Positions 7,690-17,842 of a stretch of 49,554 bases of DNA are shown piece after piece (position 1 is the first letter of the stretch; each line of letters opens with the position of its first letter). The translations under genes were made by a program, and so were the position numbers. The stretch is from a virus (lineage: Duplodnaviria; Caudoviricetes). The stretch is from positions 1 through 49,554 of the IMG/VR virus record IMGVR_UViG_3300035002_000027; one strand, given 5' to 3'. Under the pieces are notes generated by a model. It was not told where the DNA came from and did not search any database. It was given only the letters and a program-made list of their open reading frames with translations.

Positions 7690-10600
7690 ATGAGCGGGGT
7701 TTTGGATCGTGACATCCGGGTACGCTTGCAATACCTGACCGAAGGGCAGGACCGTGCGGCGGCGGACATGAAGGAGATGGTGGCTGTCGTGGGTGAACTC
7801 ACGCGAGCCACCAATAGCCTCGTTGCTGCCCAACAGCGGCGGAGCGACAACACCCGCGAGGAGACGAACCGCGAACTCGGGTTGCTCGAAAAACTCCAAG
7901 CCCGTTACCGGGAACTCCAGACGGCCATCGAGCGGGCGGCGAGTGTCGAGGACATCCGGTTGTTGAACCGCGAACTCGACAAAGTGCAGGCCGAAATGAC
8001 CGCCATCGCCTCGGCGGGGCGGGGCTGGGAAACCTCCATGCGGCAGGCCAACGCGGCGGGCAAGGACGTGCGCGGCACGATGGGGGGATTGCAGGGCGAT
8101 TTGGCGAGTGTGCGGGGGCTCATCTTACAGGCCTTCGGGGCGTATGAGATTTTGCAGTTTGGCAAGGGCGTGATTGACGCACGGTCGAACATGGAATCGT
8201 TCGACGTGAGCCTGAAGACCATGCTCGGCAACAAGGAAAAGGCCGACAAGCTGGCCGCCGACCTGGTGAAATTTGCCCAGCAAACGCCCTTCGAGTTGAA
8301 GGATTTGCAGGGCATGACGGCCAAGTTGCTGGCCTTCGGTTTCTCGGCTTCGGAAATCATTCCGACCCTGACCCAACTGGGCGACATCGCCGCCGGCGTG
8401 GGTCGGGAGCGGTTGCCGTTCCTGACTCTGGCACTGGGCCAGACCCGCACGGCCACGGTCCTGACGGGCGAGGAGTTGCGGCAGTTTGTTGAAAACGGGG
8501 TGCCGCTCATCGAGGAACTGGCGAAAGTGACGGGGCACTCGATTGCCGCCATCACGTCGGAAACCAAAGACCTCGGCATTACCTACCAGCAGGTGCAGCA
8601 GGCGCTACAGAACCTGACGGGTGAGGGCGGTCGGTTCAACAATTTGATGGCCTTGCAAAGCAAAACGATGGGCGGGATGATTTCCAACCTGTCGGACGCT
8701 TACTACCAGGCCAAAGCCCGCATCGGCGAGTACATCGAGAGCGGGCTGAAACCGGCCATTGAGTGGGGGACGCGGCTGATGAACAACCTGGCCGGGAACC
8801 GGGCAGCGGTGGAAAAACTGGCCGACTACGTGAAAGCGGGCGTGACGGCGTGGATTGCCTACCGCACGGCCGGGAGCGCGACGGCCACCGCACTGGCCGC
8901 GAAAGAGCTGGTGATGAAGGCGCTCACGCTGACGACGGGCACCTACAATTTGGCCCTCGTCACGGCGCGGGGAACGACCGAAGGCTTTACCCGGGCGCAA
9001 CTGGCTTCGGCGGTGGCGGCGCGGGGCCTGTGGACGGCCCTGGCATCGAACCCGCTGGGGGCGGTGATTGCCGTGGTGGGCGTGGCGGTGAGTGCGTACC
9101 TGGCCCTCCGTGACGCGCAAAGCGAGGTGGGCGAGGGCATGGACGAGAACACGAAGAAGATTTTTGAGGAGCGCAACCGCCTGCAAACGCTGGTGGGGGC
9201 CATCGTCAACACCAACGACAATTACCGCATTCGGAAAGGGCTGCTTGCCCAGCTTCGGCAGGAGTACCCGGATTTCTTGAAAGGCATCGACGACGAGAAC
9301 GTGTCGAACCGGACGCTGCTGAACCTGCTGGGGCGGATCAACCTCTCCTACCAGGAGCGCATCACGTTAGCGCGGACGGCCTACAACGTCGAGAAAAATA
9401 CGAACGACCTGAAGAAAGTTTGGGATGACCAGCGCAACGCGGTGGAGCTTCTGAAAAAGGAATTCAAGGAACTGAAAATCGAGTCGATGGACCTCGACGA
9501 GGCCGTGCAGTTCGTCAAAAAATCAGGCGTGGACACGTGGGTGACGCTCAATCAGGGCATGGGCCAGTACACGCGCATTGACCGGCTGGCTTCGTTCGTG
9601 AAGGTGCTCGAAGACACTGGCAAACGGCAAACGGCCCTGACCAACGAAAACATCAAGGCCGAACAGCAGGCCGAGACCATGCGGGCGCAGTTCAGCAAAA
9701 ACGCCGAACTCCGCCACGAACAGGATGTGAAGCGGGAAAAGGAACTACACGCCCTGCTGTTTACGCGGGCTGGTTCGGGCAAGGTGGTGACGGTGCAGAT
9801 GGTGGAGGAATACAACACGCTGAAGGCCGCCAACGATGCATGGAAGGTTGCCCACACGACGACGACCAACACCATCGTCGAGAACGAAGAAAAGAAAAAG
9901 AAAGCCGCCAAATCGTCGCTGGAAGTGCAACTCGAAAGCGACGTGCTGAAGTTAAAATCCGCCGAAAAAACGTGGGAGTCGGAATACGAACTCATCAAAA
10001 AATCGGCGGAACTCGACATTGAGCAGGCCAAGCGGGCGGCCAAAGACAAGGAACTGACGGCGAAGCAACTCTCGGAGCGCATCAAGGCCATCAAAGCCGA
10101 CGAGGCCAACAAACTCCTGGAGGTGGACCGCAAGTACGTGGAGGATGCGGCGAAGGACGTGGGCAAGTGGCTCGACAAACTCGACAAGGACCGCAAGGAG
10201 CGGCTGAAGGGTGACGCGGCGTACCTGAAAGATTTGGAGAAGCAAATTCAGGACGCCCAGAAGGACACCCACCGGGAGCAGGTGGAGCAGCAGAAAATCC
10301 TGTTCGAAAGCCGAAAAAAGAATTTCGCCATCGTGCTGGATTTCCTTTCCCGCGAATCGGAACTGGTGGGGGAAATCGGGCGGGCGGCAAAAATCGCCTG
10401 GGAAAACCTCGACTTGCTGACAGGCGAGAAGCTCAACGCCGCCAAAGAAAAGCTGGCGAAGGAAGGGGGCGTTTTGTCGAGCATGCTGGGCAGCTACGAC
10501 GGCACGAAGGAAATGGACGTGCAGATTGAGAAGCAAAAAGCCAACGTGGCGGCGCTGACGACTAACGTCAAAGACCTTGACGCGGCGGGCCAAGCCGCCA

Positions 10601-12213
10601 TGCTGTCGGTGGTTTCGATGGCGATAACCACCTGGCTGAAAATCGGCGAAGCCTACGAGGAGATGATGGCCCGCACCTACCAGGCCATCGCTGATTCGTT
10701 GGGCAAGGCACGGCAGGCGCTGAATGACTTCTACAACCAGATGATTGACCAGAGCCGCCAGGCACTGGCCGAAGAGTTGGAGAATTTCGAGGGCACCTAC
10801 GACCAGAAAGCGGCCATCATCGAAGCGCACTACGCCGAGCAAAAGCAGCTCATGGACCTGCGAGACCAGACCGACGCCATGCTGGGGGCCATCGAGGACG
10901 TAAACCAGGCGGCGGCCAATGCGGGCAAGAACGGGCGGACCCTGATTGAGGGCATGATTACCGCCTACACCAACAGCATTCTGCGTGAGCAGCAGGCCCG
11001 GCTCAACCAGGTGGAGTGGGAGCTTCAGAAAGCCGCCGAACTGCGGGATGCCAAAATCAGGACCATCGATGAAGCATTCAAGGCCTTCAAGGAGGCAACG
11101 GAGGCCGAAATGGACCTCGCCAAACGGGCGGCGGAGGAGAAAAAAGCGCTCATCGAACAACAAAAGGCCGACGAAACCGAAGCGATTGAAATCCTTGACC
11201 GGGTGCGGAACGAAGCGCTGGAGCGTTACCGCCGGGACGAAGTGGCACGGCTTCAGGCCACGCGCGACCGCATCCTGGCCACGCTGACCGACGAAGACGA
11301 GAAGCGTCAGGTGATTGAGGAATTTGACCGGCGCATCAAGGCCGTGCACGACGAGGTAGAGGAAGCCAAACTCGACAAGTCGAAGGGCGTCAGCCTGGCC
11401 ACCAAGCAACTGGAGCAGGAGGAAAAAGACTTCATCGAGCGGCTGGAGCAGGGGCTGAAAGACACGATTTCGGCGCTTCAGGAGCAAATCAAGCAGCAGG
11501 AAATCAATGCCGCGCGGGAAAAGGCCAACGCCAACAACGACTACAAAAACGCCTACAACGCCGCCCAGCGGGAGATGTTCGAGATTACGAAGCAGATGAA
11601 AATCGCAGAGCTTCAGGCGGAAATCGCCATTCTGCGCTCGAAACGGAACCTGTTCAACCGGGGTAAAATCGACGCGGCGATTGGGGATTTGAACGCGGCC
11701 ATCGGGCAGATTGCGGGGCTGACCTTCGGGGCACCCACGCCCACCGTCGACCAGCCCACGGGCGGCCCGACGGACATTTTGCCGCCTGACCAGGGCACCG
11801 ACACGCAGATTTTCCACGACGGTACCGAAAACGTGCGAACCGGGCGGGGCTACCGGCGGGGGTCGTTCATCGCCTACGACGAGGTGCCCGCCATCCTGCA
11901 AACCGAGGAGCGGGTGGTGAACAGGGCGCAAAACAAACGCCTCGGCGGAATCTCCAACGAACAGCTTGTCCGGATGGTCGAGGCGTACCGGGGCGGGTCG
12001 AGTGTGCATTACAAACCCATTGACCTGTCGGGATTTGGCCCGGTGGGGCAAGCGACCGACATGGGGCCGATGCTCCAGAAAATGGACGCATTGCGGGATG
12101 CCCTTGAAAAGCAACCCCAATTCCACGCCAATTTCGACGAACGCGGGATGAGCATCAGCCAGCGGAAAGGGCTGGCCAAGACCAATTACCGAAACAACCG
12201 TTTCTGGAAATAA
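7690..12213 (+). CDS. Tape measure protein
   Basis: 1507 aa; tape-measure domain (FAQQTPFEL...LGDIAAG...GEELRQFVENGVP...GGRFNNLMALQSKT), hydrophobic NPLGAVIAVVG segment, long coiled coils. Confidence 0.95.
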   Translation: MSGVLDRDIRVRLQYLTEGQDRAAADMKEMVAVVGELTRATNSLVAAQQRRSDNTREETNRELGLLEKLQARYRELQTAIERAASVEDIRLLNRELDKVQAEMTAIASAGRGWETSMRQANAAGKDVRGTMGGLQGDLASVRGLILQAFGAYEILQFGKGVIDARSNMESFDVSLKTMLGNKEKADKLAADLVKFAQQTPFELKDLQGMTAKLLAFGFSASEIIPTLTQLGDIAAGVGRERLPFLTLALGQTRTATVLTGEELRQFVENGVPLIEELAKVTGHSIAAITSETKDLGITYQQVQQALQNLTGEGGRFNNLMALQSKTMGGMISNLSDAYYQAKARIGEYIESGLKPAIEWGTRLMNNLAGNRAAVEKLADYVKAGVTAWIAYRTAGSATATALAAKELVMKALTLTTGTYNLALVTARGTTEGFTRAQLASAVAARGLWTALASNPLGAVIAVVGVAVSAYLALRDAQSEVGEGMDENTKKIFEERNRLQTLVGAIVNTNDNYRIRKGLLAQLRQEYPDFLKGIDDENVSNRTLLNLLGRINLSYQERITLARTAYNVEKNTNDLKKVWDDQRNAVELLKKEFKELKIESMDLDEAVQFVKKSGVDTWVTLNQGMGQYTRIDRLASFVKVLEDTGKRQTALTNENIKAEQQAETMRAQFSKNAELRHEQDVKREKELHALLFTRAGSGKVVTVQMVEEYNTLKAANDAWKVAHTTTTNTIVENEEKKKKAAKSSLEVQLESDVLKLKSAEKTWESEYELIKKSAELDIEQAKRAAKDKELTAKQLSERIKAIKADEANKLLEVDRKYVEDAAKDVGKWLDKLDKDRKERLKGDAAYLKDLEKQIQDAQKDTHREQVEQQKILFESRKKNFAIVLDFLSRESELVGEIGRAAKIAWENLDLLTGEKLNAAKEKLAKEGGVLSSMLGSYDGTKEMDVQIEKQKANVAALTTNVKDLDAAGQAAMLSVVSMAITTWLKIGEAYEEMMARTYQAIADSLGKARQALNDFYNQMIDQSRQALAEELENFEGTYDQKAAIIEAHYAEQKQLMDLRDQTDAMLGAIEDVNQAAANAGKNGRTLIEGMITAYTNSILREQQARLNQVEWELQKAAELRDAKIRTIDEAFKAFKEATEAEMDLAKRAAEEKKALIEQQKADETEAIEILDRVRNEALERYRRDEVARLQATRDRILATLTDEDEKRQVIEEFDRRIKAVHDEVEEAKLDKSKGVSLATKQLEQEEKDFIERLEQGLKDTISALQEQIKQQEINAAREKANANNDYKNAYNAAQREMFEITKQMKIAELQAEIAILRSKRNLFNRGKIDAAIGDLNAAIGQIAGLTFGAPTPTVDQPTGGPTDILPPDQGTDTQIFHDGTENVRTGRGYRRGSFIAYDEVPAILQTEERVVNRAQNKRLGGISNEQLVRMVEAYRGGSSVHYKPIDLSGFGPVGQATDMGPMLQKMDALRDALEKQPQFHANFDERGMSISQRKGLAKTNYRNNRFWK

Positions 12214-12217
12214 CTCC

Positions 12218-14017
12218 ATGTACAGCTTTTTCCTCAACGACACGCCCATCGAGCAGCCAGTCGGATTCGACGCGGTGCAGTTTCAGTTTGCCCGCTCCGA
12301 GCAATACGGCGGGTTCATCTACCGCGACGTGGCGTTCGTGGAGGGCGTGAAGGCGCTCGAAATCGAGGAGGAGCGGCCCCGGCGGGAACTGATTCGGCTT
12401 TTCGAGGAGAAAAACATTCTGGCCGAGGCGGTGCTCGTCGTGAAAGACGACGAGCGGGAAGTATACCGGGGTTACGTGGATTTTCAGGATTTTCACTACG
12501 ACGAAAAAACCGCCTACCTGGCCATGGTGGACAGCCCGAAAACCCAGCAATGGGCGGCGCGGGCCGGGCAGGTGCAATCGCTCGCCCCGACGCGCACGGT
12601 GAAGCTGCACAGCTACCGGCTAATTGGGAAGGCTACGCACCGGGTGGAGGCAGGGCGGAACGTGGCGACGGGGGGCGCGGGGACGCACTTCCCGCCACTG
12701 GTGCCCCAGACCAACGACCGCATCGAGGGGGCGGTGTTGGGCATGAACGGCGCGCTCCTCACGAACGAAGGCAGTGAAATCGTGGCGTTTCGGATGGCGG
12801 GCGTGCTCGTGGTGACGACCGTCAGCCCGGTCACCCAAACCGGGGCGCTGAAACTCATCGTGACAAGCGGGGACGGCGACGAAACGGTGACCCAGGTCGG
12901 GACGGTGACGCTGGGCGCGGTACCGACTTCGCAGCGGGTGGTGGTGGACAAGACGCTGATGCTGCACCCCGGCGACGTGGTAACGCTCCGCTTCGACAAC
13001 GCCAACACCTCGGCCCCGTACACCTACACCTACGACGCGGCGCAAACCAGCCTGAGCATCGAAGTGGAGACGCCGCGGCCGTTCACGGATTGCCCCGGCT
13101 TGCTCGTGCCCGAAGCGCTGGAGGCGCTGGCACCGGGCACGATGCAGCTCCTGGAAGCGGGCCGCCTGCTGGTGTGCAACGGGCGGCACCTGCGGGGCCT
13201 CGGCGGGCCGGTGCGGGTGAGTTTTGACCAGTTGTTTGATTTTCTGCGCAAGCGGTTCGCGGCCAAAGCCGACCTCGTGCAGGGTACGGTGTTCGTGGGC
13301 AGGCAGTATGCGGGCAAGGCCACGCCGCCCATGGCGCTGGGCACCCCCGACCGCCTGACGTGGAGCGCGGCGCTGGACTGGCTGCCGGGCACCATCAATG
13401 TGGGCTACCGCAACTGGCAGGCCGAAGCCGCTTACGGGGAAGCGGAGGTGAACGCCAATCAGACCTGGAGCACGGGCCTGCCGACCCGCACGGAGTGGGA
13501 CTTGACGACGGACGTCATCACGGCCAGCAGCCTGATTGAGGAAGGGCGCAGGCGCTCGACCGGGCCGGATGCGGCGAAGGATTGGAAATGGGACGAGGCG
13601 GTGTTCGTGATTGAACTCGACGGTTCGCGGATGCGGTCGAAGGCGGGGACGGACGGGGAAGGAAACTACTACGTGGCCAGTGCGGATACGCTCTTCAACT
13701 GGAGCCTGCGGCCCGAAACGTTCATCCGGGCGTGGGAGGAATGGATGGTGGTGAAGACCCTCATGCGAACCGCTTACGCTGGATTGGCAAGCCCCTACGA
13801 CCACATGATGCTGTTTCGGGACAGACTCACGGGCAGGCAGGCGACCATCGTCAAGAGCATGGAACTCGACGGGTGGATGGACTTGCAGTACGGCGAAGAG
13901 ATAACAACGGAGTGGTTGGGCGAAACCTGTCGCTTCGTCATCAAGGAGGCGACGCTGAAAATGAACCCGTTTCGGCAGAGTGAGGTGGAAATCATCGGAT
14001 GGGAGGTGAAGCCATGA
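12218..14017 (+). CDS. Tail tip / baseplate hub-like protein
   Basis: 599 aa directly after the tape measure gene; N-terminal EQPVGFD...RSEQYGG pattern. Confidence 0.65.
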   Translation: MYSFFLNDTPIEQPVGFDAVQFQFARSEQYGGFIYRDVAFVEGVKALEIEEERPRRELIRLFEEKNILAEAVLVVKDDEREVYRGYVDFQDFHYDEKTAYLAMVDSPKTQQWAARAGQVQSLAPTRTVKLHSYRLIGKATHRVEAGRNVATGGAGTHFPPLVPQTNDRIEGAVLGMNGALLTNEGSEIVAFRMAGVLVVTTVSPVTQTGALKLIVTSGDGDETVTQVGTVTLGAVPTSQRVVVDKTLMLHPGDVVTLRFDNANTSAPYTYTYDAAQTSLSIEVETPRPFTDCPGLLVPEALEALAPGTMQLLEAGRLLVCNGRHLRGLGGPVRVSFDQLFDFLRKRFAAKADLVQGTVFVGRQYAGKATPPMALGTPDRLTWSAALDWLPGTINVGYRNWQAEAAYGEAEVNANQTWSTGLPTRTEWDLTTDVITASSLIEEGRRRSTGPDAAKDWKWDEAVFVIELDGSRMRSKAGTDGEGNYYVASADTLFNWSLRPETFIRAWEEWMVVKTLMRTAYAGLASPYDHMMLFRDRLTGRQATIVKSMELDGWMDLQYGEEITTEWLGETCRFVIKEATLKMNPFRQSEVEIIGWEVKP

Positions 14018-16245
14018 GCAATCTGTATTTTATCGGCTTCGGCCCTGAGTGGGAAACCCGGCAAACCCTGCCCGGACTGCCCGGTGAGCGGTGGGTGGGA
14101 GCGGTGCGCGAAGCCGATTTGCTCGGCCGGAAGGCAGAGGCTTGCGCGTTGGTGTGGCTCAACGAAGTTGGTCCGTGCGACGTGCAGCGATGCCAACATG
14201 CCGGAACACTCACCACGCCCGAAGGCCGCAACACGCTGCGGCTCCGGCTGACGCTGACGCAGCAAGGGCCGGTTTCGGAGCCGCATTGGGCGCTGATGCT
14301 AGGCGGGAAAAACGTGCTCGGGACGTGCCGCATCGCTTTCGGTGAAAAATACCTGCAAAATGTGGCCTCGTGGCTGCGGAAGCGGAAGCGGGTGCTCAGG
14401 GCGGAGGTAAATGGAAATGGCATTGACCTGACGCTCAAACGCCACTTCGGGGGCCGGGACTGGAACGGCAAGCCCGTGACCATCGGCATGGGCAAACCGG
14501 CCCGGCTGAACACCAATCACCCCAGCCTGACGGCCCGGCACCTGCAAACGGTGGCCGTGCCTGCCGAGGACGTGTACGCGGTGGAAATCGGGGCCGACAT
14601 CGAGCCGGGCAACGTGTTTCGGGTGGGTACGCGGGTGCTGACCGTGACGGCAACGGACACGGTGGAAAGCATTCTGGAATACCTCGCACCGGGGGGCGAG
14701 TTGGTCGTGAGCGCGGGTACCCGGGTGGCCTGCTCGGTGGAGGTGGGGGCCTCGGTGCGGCCCAACACGAACGCGCCCACCATCACGGCGACCTACCAGA
14801 GCACGGGGGGCGGCTTCGACAAATACAAAATCGCCATCGGGGCCGACGTGCGGGCGGGCAACGCCTACACGGTGAACGGCACGGTGAAAGTGGCCACAGC
14901 CCTGGATACGGCCGTGAGCATCGCGGCACATTTCAACTCGGTGGGCGGGTTGCATCAGGTGAGTGCCGGAACGCCGGTGAGCGTGGGCGCCGCACCCGGT
15001 ACGGCCCTGCTGCCCAACACGAACGCGCCCACCTGCATGGCCCGCAAAATCGCCGCCCGTGGTGCTCGGACGGTGAGCCGGTGGGCGGTGACCGTTGGGG
15101 CCGACATCCGGGCCGGGAACGTGTACCGGGTGGGCAGTGCGGCAGGCGTTCCTGTGGAGGTGACGGCCCAACCGGGCGACACGGCCCGCGACGTGGCAAG
15201 CTGGCTGAGCCTGGGCACGATGGGGGTAAGGTCGCCGCAGAACCCGTTTCTGCTGGAAACCGAATCCGACGCGCCGCCGGTGCTGCGGGCGGTGGTGGGT
15301 ACGCCCCTGACAAGTGAAAACATCGTCGGCTGGCAGACTGACCGGGACCGACTGACGACCGAAGAAACGGAGGAGGCGCAGGCGCTGTACAGCATCGTGA
15401 TGCCGTGCCGGGAGGGAATTTGGCGGCTGGGCCTGGTCGACGCGGCCACGCGCGACCTGCTGGCGGTGAGCAACCCCTTCGACGTGGCGGGAGTTCATGC
15501 GGCCGGGGCCTCGGTGGACGTGGCTTTTGCCGATGAGCCGGGGGCCTACGGGCTAACGCACGGGCCTCACCTGGTCCACCGGGTGCGGGTGTGGGGTGGG
15601 TTGTCACAGGATAAGCCCGTGACGGAGGAAACGCAGGTGATGGACCTCAACGGCTCGGTGCGGCGCTCCCAAACCGAAATCAGAAAGCAAACCACCCTGA
15701 CCACGCCCCAACTGGAGGACTGGCAGCACGAGGCTTTGGCGGTGGCACTGAAACACCGTCGGCTCTGGGTAAACGGCCGGGCCGCGTTTCAACCGGGCGA
15801 GTACGAACTTTCCGACCGGGCGAAGGGCACTGATGCCCGGCAAGGGCGGGTGACGCTGGAGTGGACGCGGGACGTAAAGCGGAATTTCGATTTGATGCCC
15901 GCGCCGGGGGCGGTGACGCTCAACCTGCACGACGGGTGCGAAGGCAGGCTACTGGCCGCGCTGCGGGTGGTGGCCGTGCACGGGCTGACCGGGCGGCGGG
16001 TGCTGCTGACGGAGGCCGTGCGGCTCGGACTCGGCCCGTGGTGGCTGAAATTGGAGGCTCCGCACCCGGTGGACATCACTGTAAAGCAGGGCCTTGAATA
16101 CGCCGTTTACCGGACCCGCACGGGCCTGCTGCTGAAGCTGTGGCACGACGCGGCGGTGTCGGTGTACGATGTTGACCCCTGCACGACGGCGCGAACGCTG
16201 ACCGCAATTGATTTTTCCGAAGATTTCACGGACGACTTTTCCTAA
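14014..16245 (+). CDS. Tail protein with three internal repeats and a C-terminal DFxxDFxxDF motif
   Basis: Repeats IGADIEPGNVFRV / IGADVRAGNAYTV / VGADIRAGNVYRV; ends DFSEDFTDDFS; ATG 14014 overlaps the previous stop. Confidence 0.7.
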   Translation: MSNLYFIGFGPEWETRQTLPGLPGERWVGAVREADLLGRKAEACALVWLNEVGPCDVQRCQHAGTLTTPEGRNTLRLRLTLTQQGPVSEPHWALMLGGKNVLGTCRIAFGEKYLQNVASWLRKRKRVLRAEVNGNGIDLTLKRHFGGRDWNGKPVTIGMGKPARLNTNHPSLTARHLQTVAVPAEDVYAVEIGADIEPGNVFRVGTRVLTVTATDTVESILEYLAPGGELVVSAGTRVACSVEVGASVRPNTNAPTITATYQSTGGGFDKYKIAIGADVRAGNAYTVNGTVKVATALDTAVSIAAHFNSVGGLHQVSAGTPVSVGAAPGTALLPNTNAPTCMARKIAARGARTVSRWAVTVGADIRAGNVYRVGSAAGVPVEVTAQPGDTARDVASWLSLGTMGVRSPQNPFLLETESDAPPVLRAVVGTPLTSENIVGWQTDRDRLTTEETEEAQALYSIVMPCREGIWRLGLVDAATRDLLAVSNPFDVAGVHAAGASVDVAFADEPGAYGLTHGPHLVHRVRVWGGLSQDKPVTEETQVMDLNGSVRRSQTEIRKQTTLTTPQLEDWQHEALAVALKHRRLWVNGRAAFQPGEYELSDRAKGTDARQGRVTLEWTRDVKRNFDLMPAPGAVTLNLHDGCEGRLLAALRVVAVHGLTGRRVLLTEAVRLGLGPWWLKLEAPHPVDITVKQGLEYAVYRTRTGLLLKLWHDAAVSVYDVDPCTTARTLTAIDFSEDFTDDFS
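14575..15200 (+). repeat. Three degenerate intragenic repeats of about 85 aa in the tail protein
   Basis: Protein repeats above; identical DNA CCCAACACGAACGCGCCCACC at 14761 and 15013 (PNTNAPT twice). Boundaries approximate. Confidence 0.7.
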
Positions 16246-16252
16246 CTAAGGC

Positions 16253-17470
16253 ATGGACCCGCTTCTGATAGTCGAAGATTTCACGGAATTCGCCGACGCG
16301 AATTTCCGGGCCAGGTACTACAACCCCGACGGGTCAATCAACAAGATTGCCCACGAGGAACTCAACTGGTTTGCCAAGCAAATCGCCCTGAGGATGGGCG
16401 AGGCCAAAGACGCGGCTGCGCTGGCCCAGTCGGTAGCGGCGGCGCTGAACGCCTCGTGGGCGGTGCTGCCCGCCCGCTACCAGAGCCTTGCCGCGACGAT
16501 TTACGTCAATGCCTCGACGGGCAATGACTCGACCGGCACGGGCACGAGTGGCTCACCGGTGGCCTCGCTGGGGCGGGCGGCGCAATTGGTCAATAACCTG
16601 TATGCCGACGCGACCATCGAGGTGCAGACGAACCTGACGCTGACCAATTCCATCACGTTTGCCGTCAAGCGGCTCGTCATCCGGCACGTGGGCGTAAACA
16701 TCACGTTTCCGAAACTGACCCTCGGCAGCAGCGGCGAGGGCAGCATGTTTGTCGCCAACACGGCGGGCGACATCGTGTTTGTGGGGGCCGACACGACGGG
16801 CGGCACGAAGGGCCAGCTCATCGTGACCGCGGGCACGGGCTGGAGCGGGACGGCCCTCTCGACCTGGCAGGCCGGAAACGGGGCCGTGCGGGCGGGTTCG
16901 GCGCTGGCCCCGAAGGCCACCGTAAAGTTCATCCGGTGCGACCTTCAGGTAGGGGCAAACACGGTGCTGGTGGCCAACGGCACGGCGGGGGCCACGCGGG
17001 ACACTCTCTACGAAACCCGCATGGATGCGGTGGAATGCGCCCTAACGATGGGCACAGGGGCCATGCTGGGCAACTGGCTGGCCGGGGGGTGGATGCGGAC
17101 GGCGATTCAACTCGATGCGACGTGGAAAACCCTGCTGCGGGGCGACGCGCAGATGCTCCAGCCGGGGGCGTACGCGGTGCGGATTCGGCTTTCTACGGAA
17201 AACAACGGCGGAGCCACGTTCGACACCATCTATTCGGGCGTGCTGAGTTGGTACGCCCAACTGGTGAACGACTCGGTGGCCGAAACCAACGCCGTGACCC
17301 TCCAGCGGATGGGACTTGACCCCAATGGCGTGACCCTTTCGCTGCGCACCCGGCTCGACCTCGCCTCGACGAACACGCCGTGGGGCCTGGCCCAACTGCT
17401 CCAGATTTCGAGCAGCGAGACGCTGACGAGCGCGGCGACGATTGACGTATGGTTCAACAAAATCGCGTAG
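16253..17470 (+). CDS. Tail fibre / tailspike-like receptor-binding protein
   Basis: IYVNASTGNDSTGTGTSGSPVASLGRAA is the typical N-cap of pectin-lyase-like beta-helix domains; G/T/A-rich; lies in the tail module. Confidence 0.65.
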   Translation: MDPLLIVEDFTEFADANFRARYYNPDGSINKIAHEELNWFAKQIALRMGEAKDAAALAQSVAAALNASWAVLPARYQSLAATIYVNASTGNDSTGTGTSGSPVASLGRAAQLVNNLYADATIEVQTNLTLTNSITFAVKRLVIRHVGVNITFPKLTLGSSGEGSMFVANTAGDIVFVGADTTGGTKGQLIVTAGTGWSGTALSTWQAGNGAVRAGSALAPKATVKFIRCDLQVGANTVLVANGTAGATRDTLYETRMDAVECALTMGTGAMLGNWLAGGWMRTAIQLDATWKTLLRGDAQMLQPGAYAVRIRLSTENNGGATFDTIYSGVLSWYAQLVNDSVAETNAVTLQRMGLDPNGVTLSLRTRLDLASTNTPWGLAQLLQISSSETLTSAATIDVWFNKIA

Positions 17471-17476
17471 ATACCC

Positions 17477-17827
17477 ATGACACCCCTCCTTGAACGAATC
17501 ACAACCCCGGCGCAGGTGGCGGCCATGTGGCCGGCGCTGACCGCCGAAGAACGGGCCGCGCTCCAGGTGCGGGCCGACTGGCGCGGGCAACTGCTGCTCA
17601 GCGTGAACGAACGCACCTACTCGGCCAGCCTGACGCTATCCGAGGCGCTGGTGCACACCGACGCCGGGGGCGTGGAAACGACCGTGGACACCCGCACGCG
17701 CCAAGTGCCGGTGAGCAAAAGCCTCGTCGAAAGCATTTTTGCCGCCGCCGCCACCGACGCCGCGTTTCAAACCGCGCTGGTGGAATTTTTCGGGAAAATC
17801 CCGAACATGGATTTGATTGAAAATTAA
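17477..17827 (+). CDS. Hypothetical protein (possible fibre assembly chaperone)
   Basis: 116 aa directly after the fibre gene; positional call only. Confidence 0.5.
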   Translation: MTPLLERITTPAQVAAMWPALTAEERAALQVRADWRGQLLLSVNERTYSASLTLSEALVHTDAGGVETTVDTRTRQVPVSKSLVESIFAAAATDAAFQTALVEFFGKIPNMDLIEN

Positions 17828-17842
17828 GCCCTGGCTAAAAAA

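Noticed and set aside
9952-12249. 765-aa ORF antisense to the tape measure gene, and many other long antisense ORFs
   Set aside because: Shadow ORFs expected from GC-rich biased codon usage; no motifs, and fully overlapped by convincing genes.
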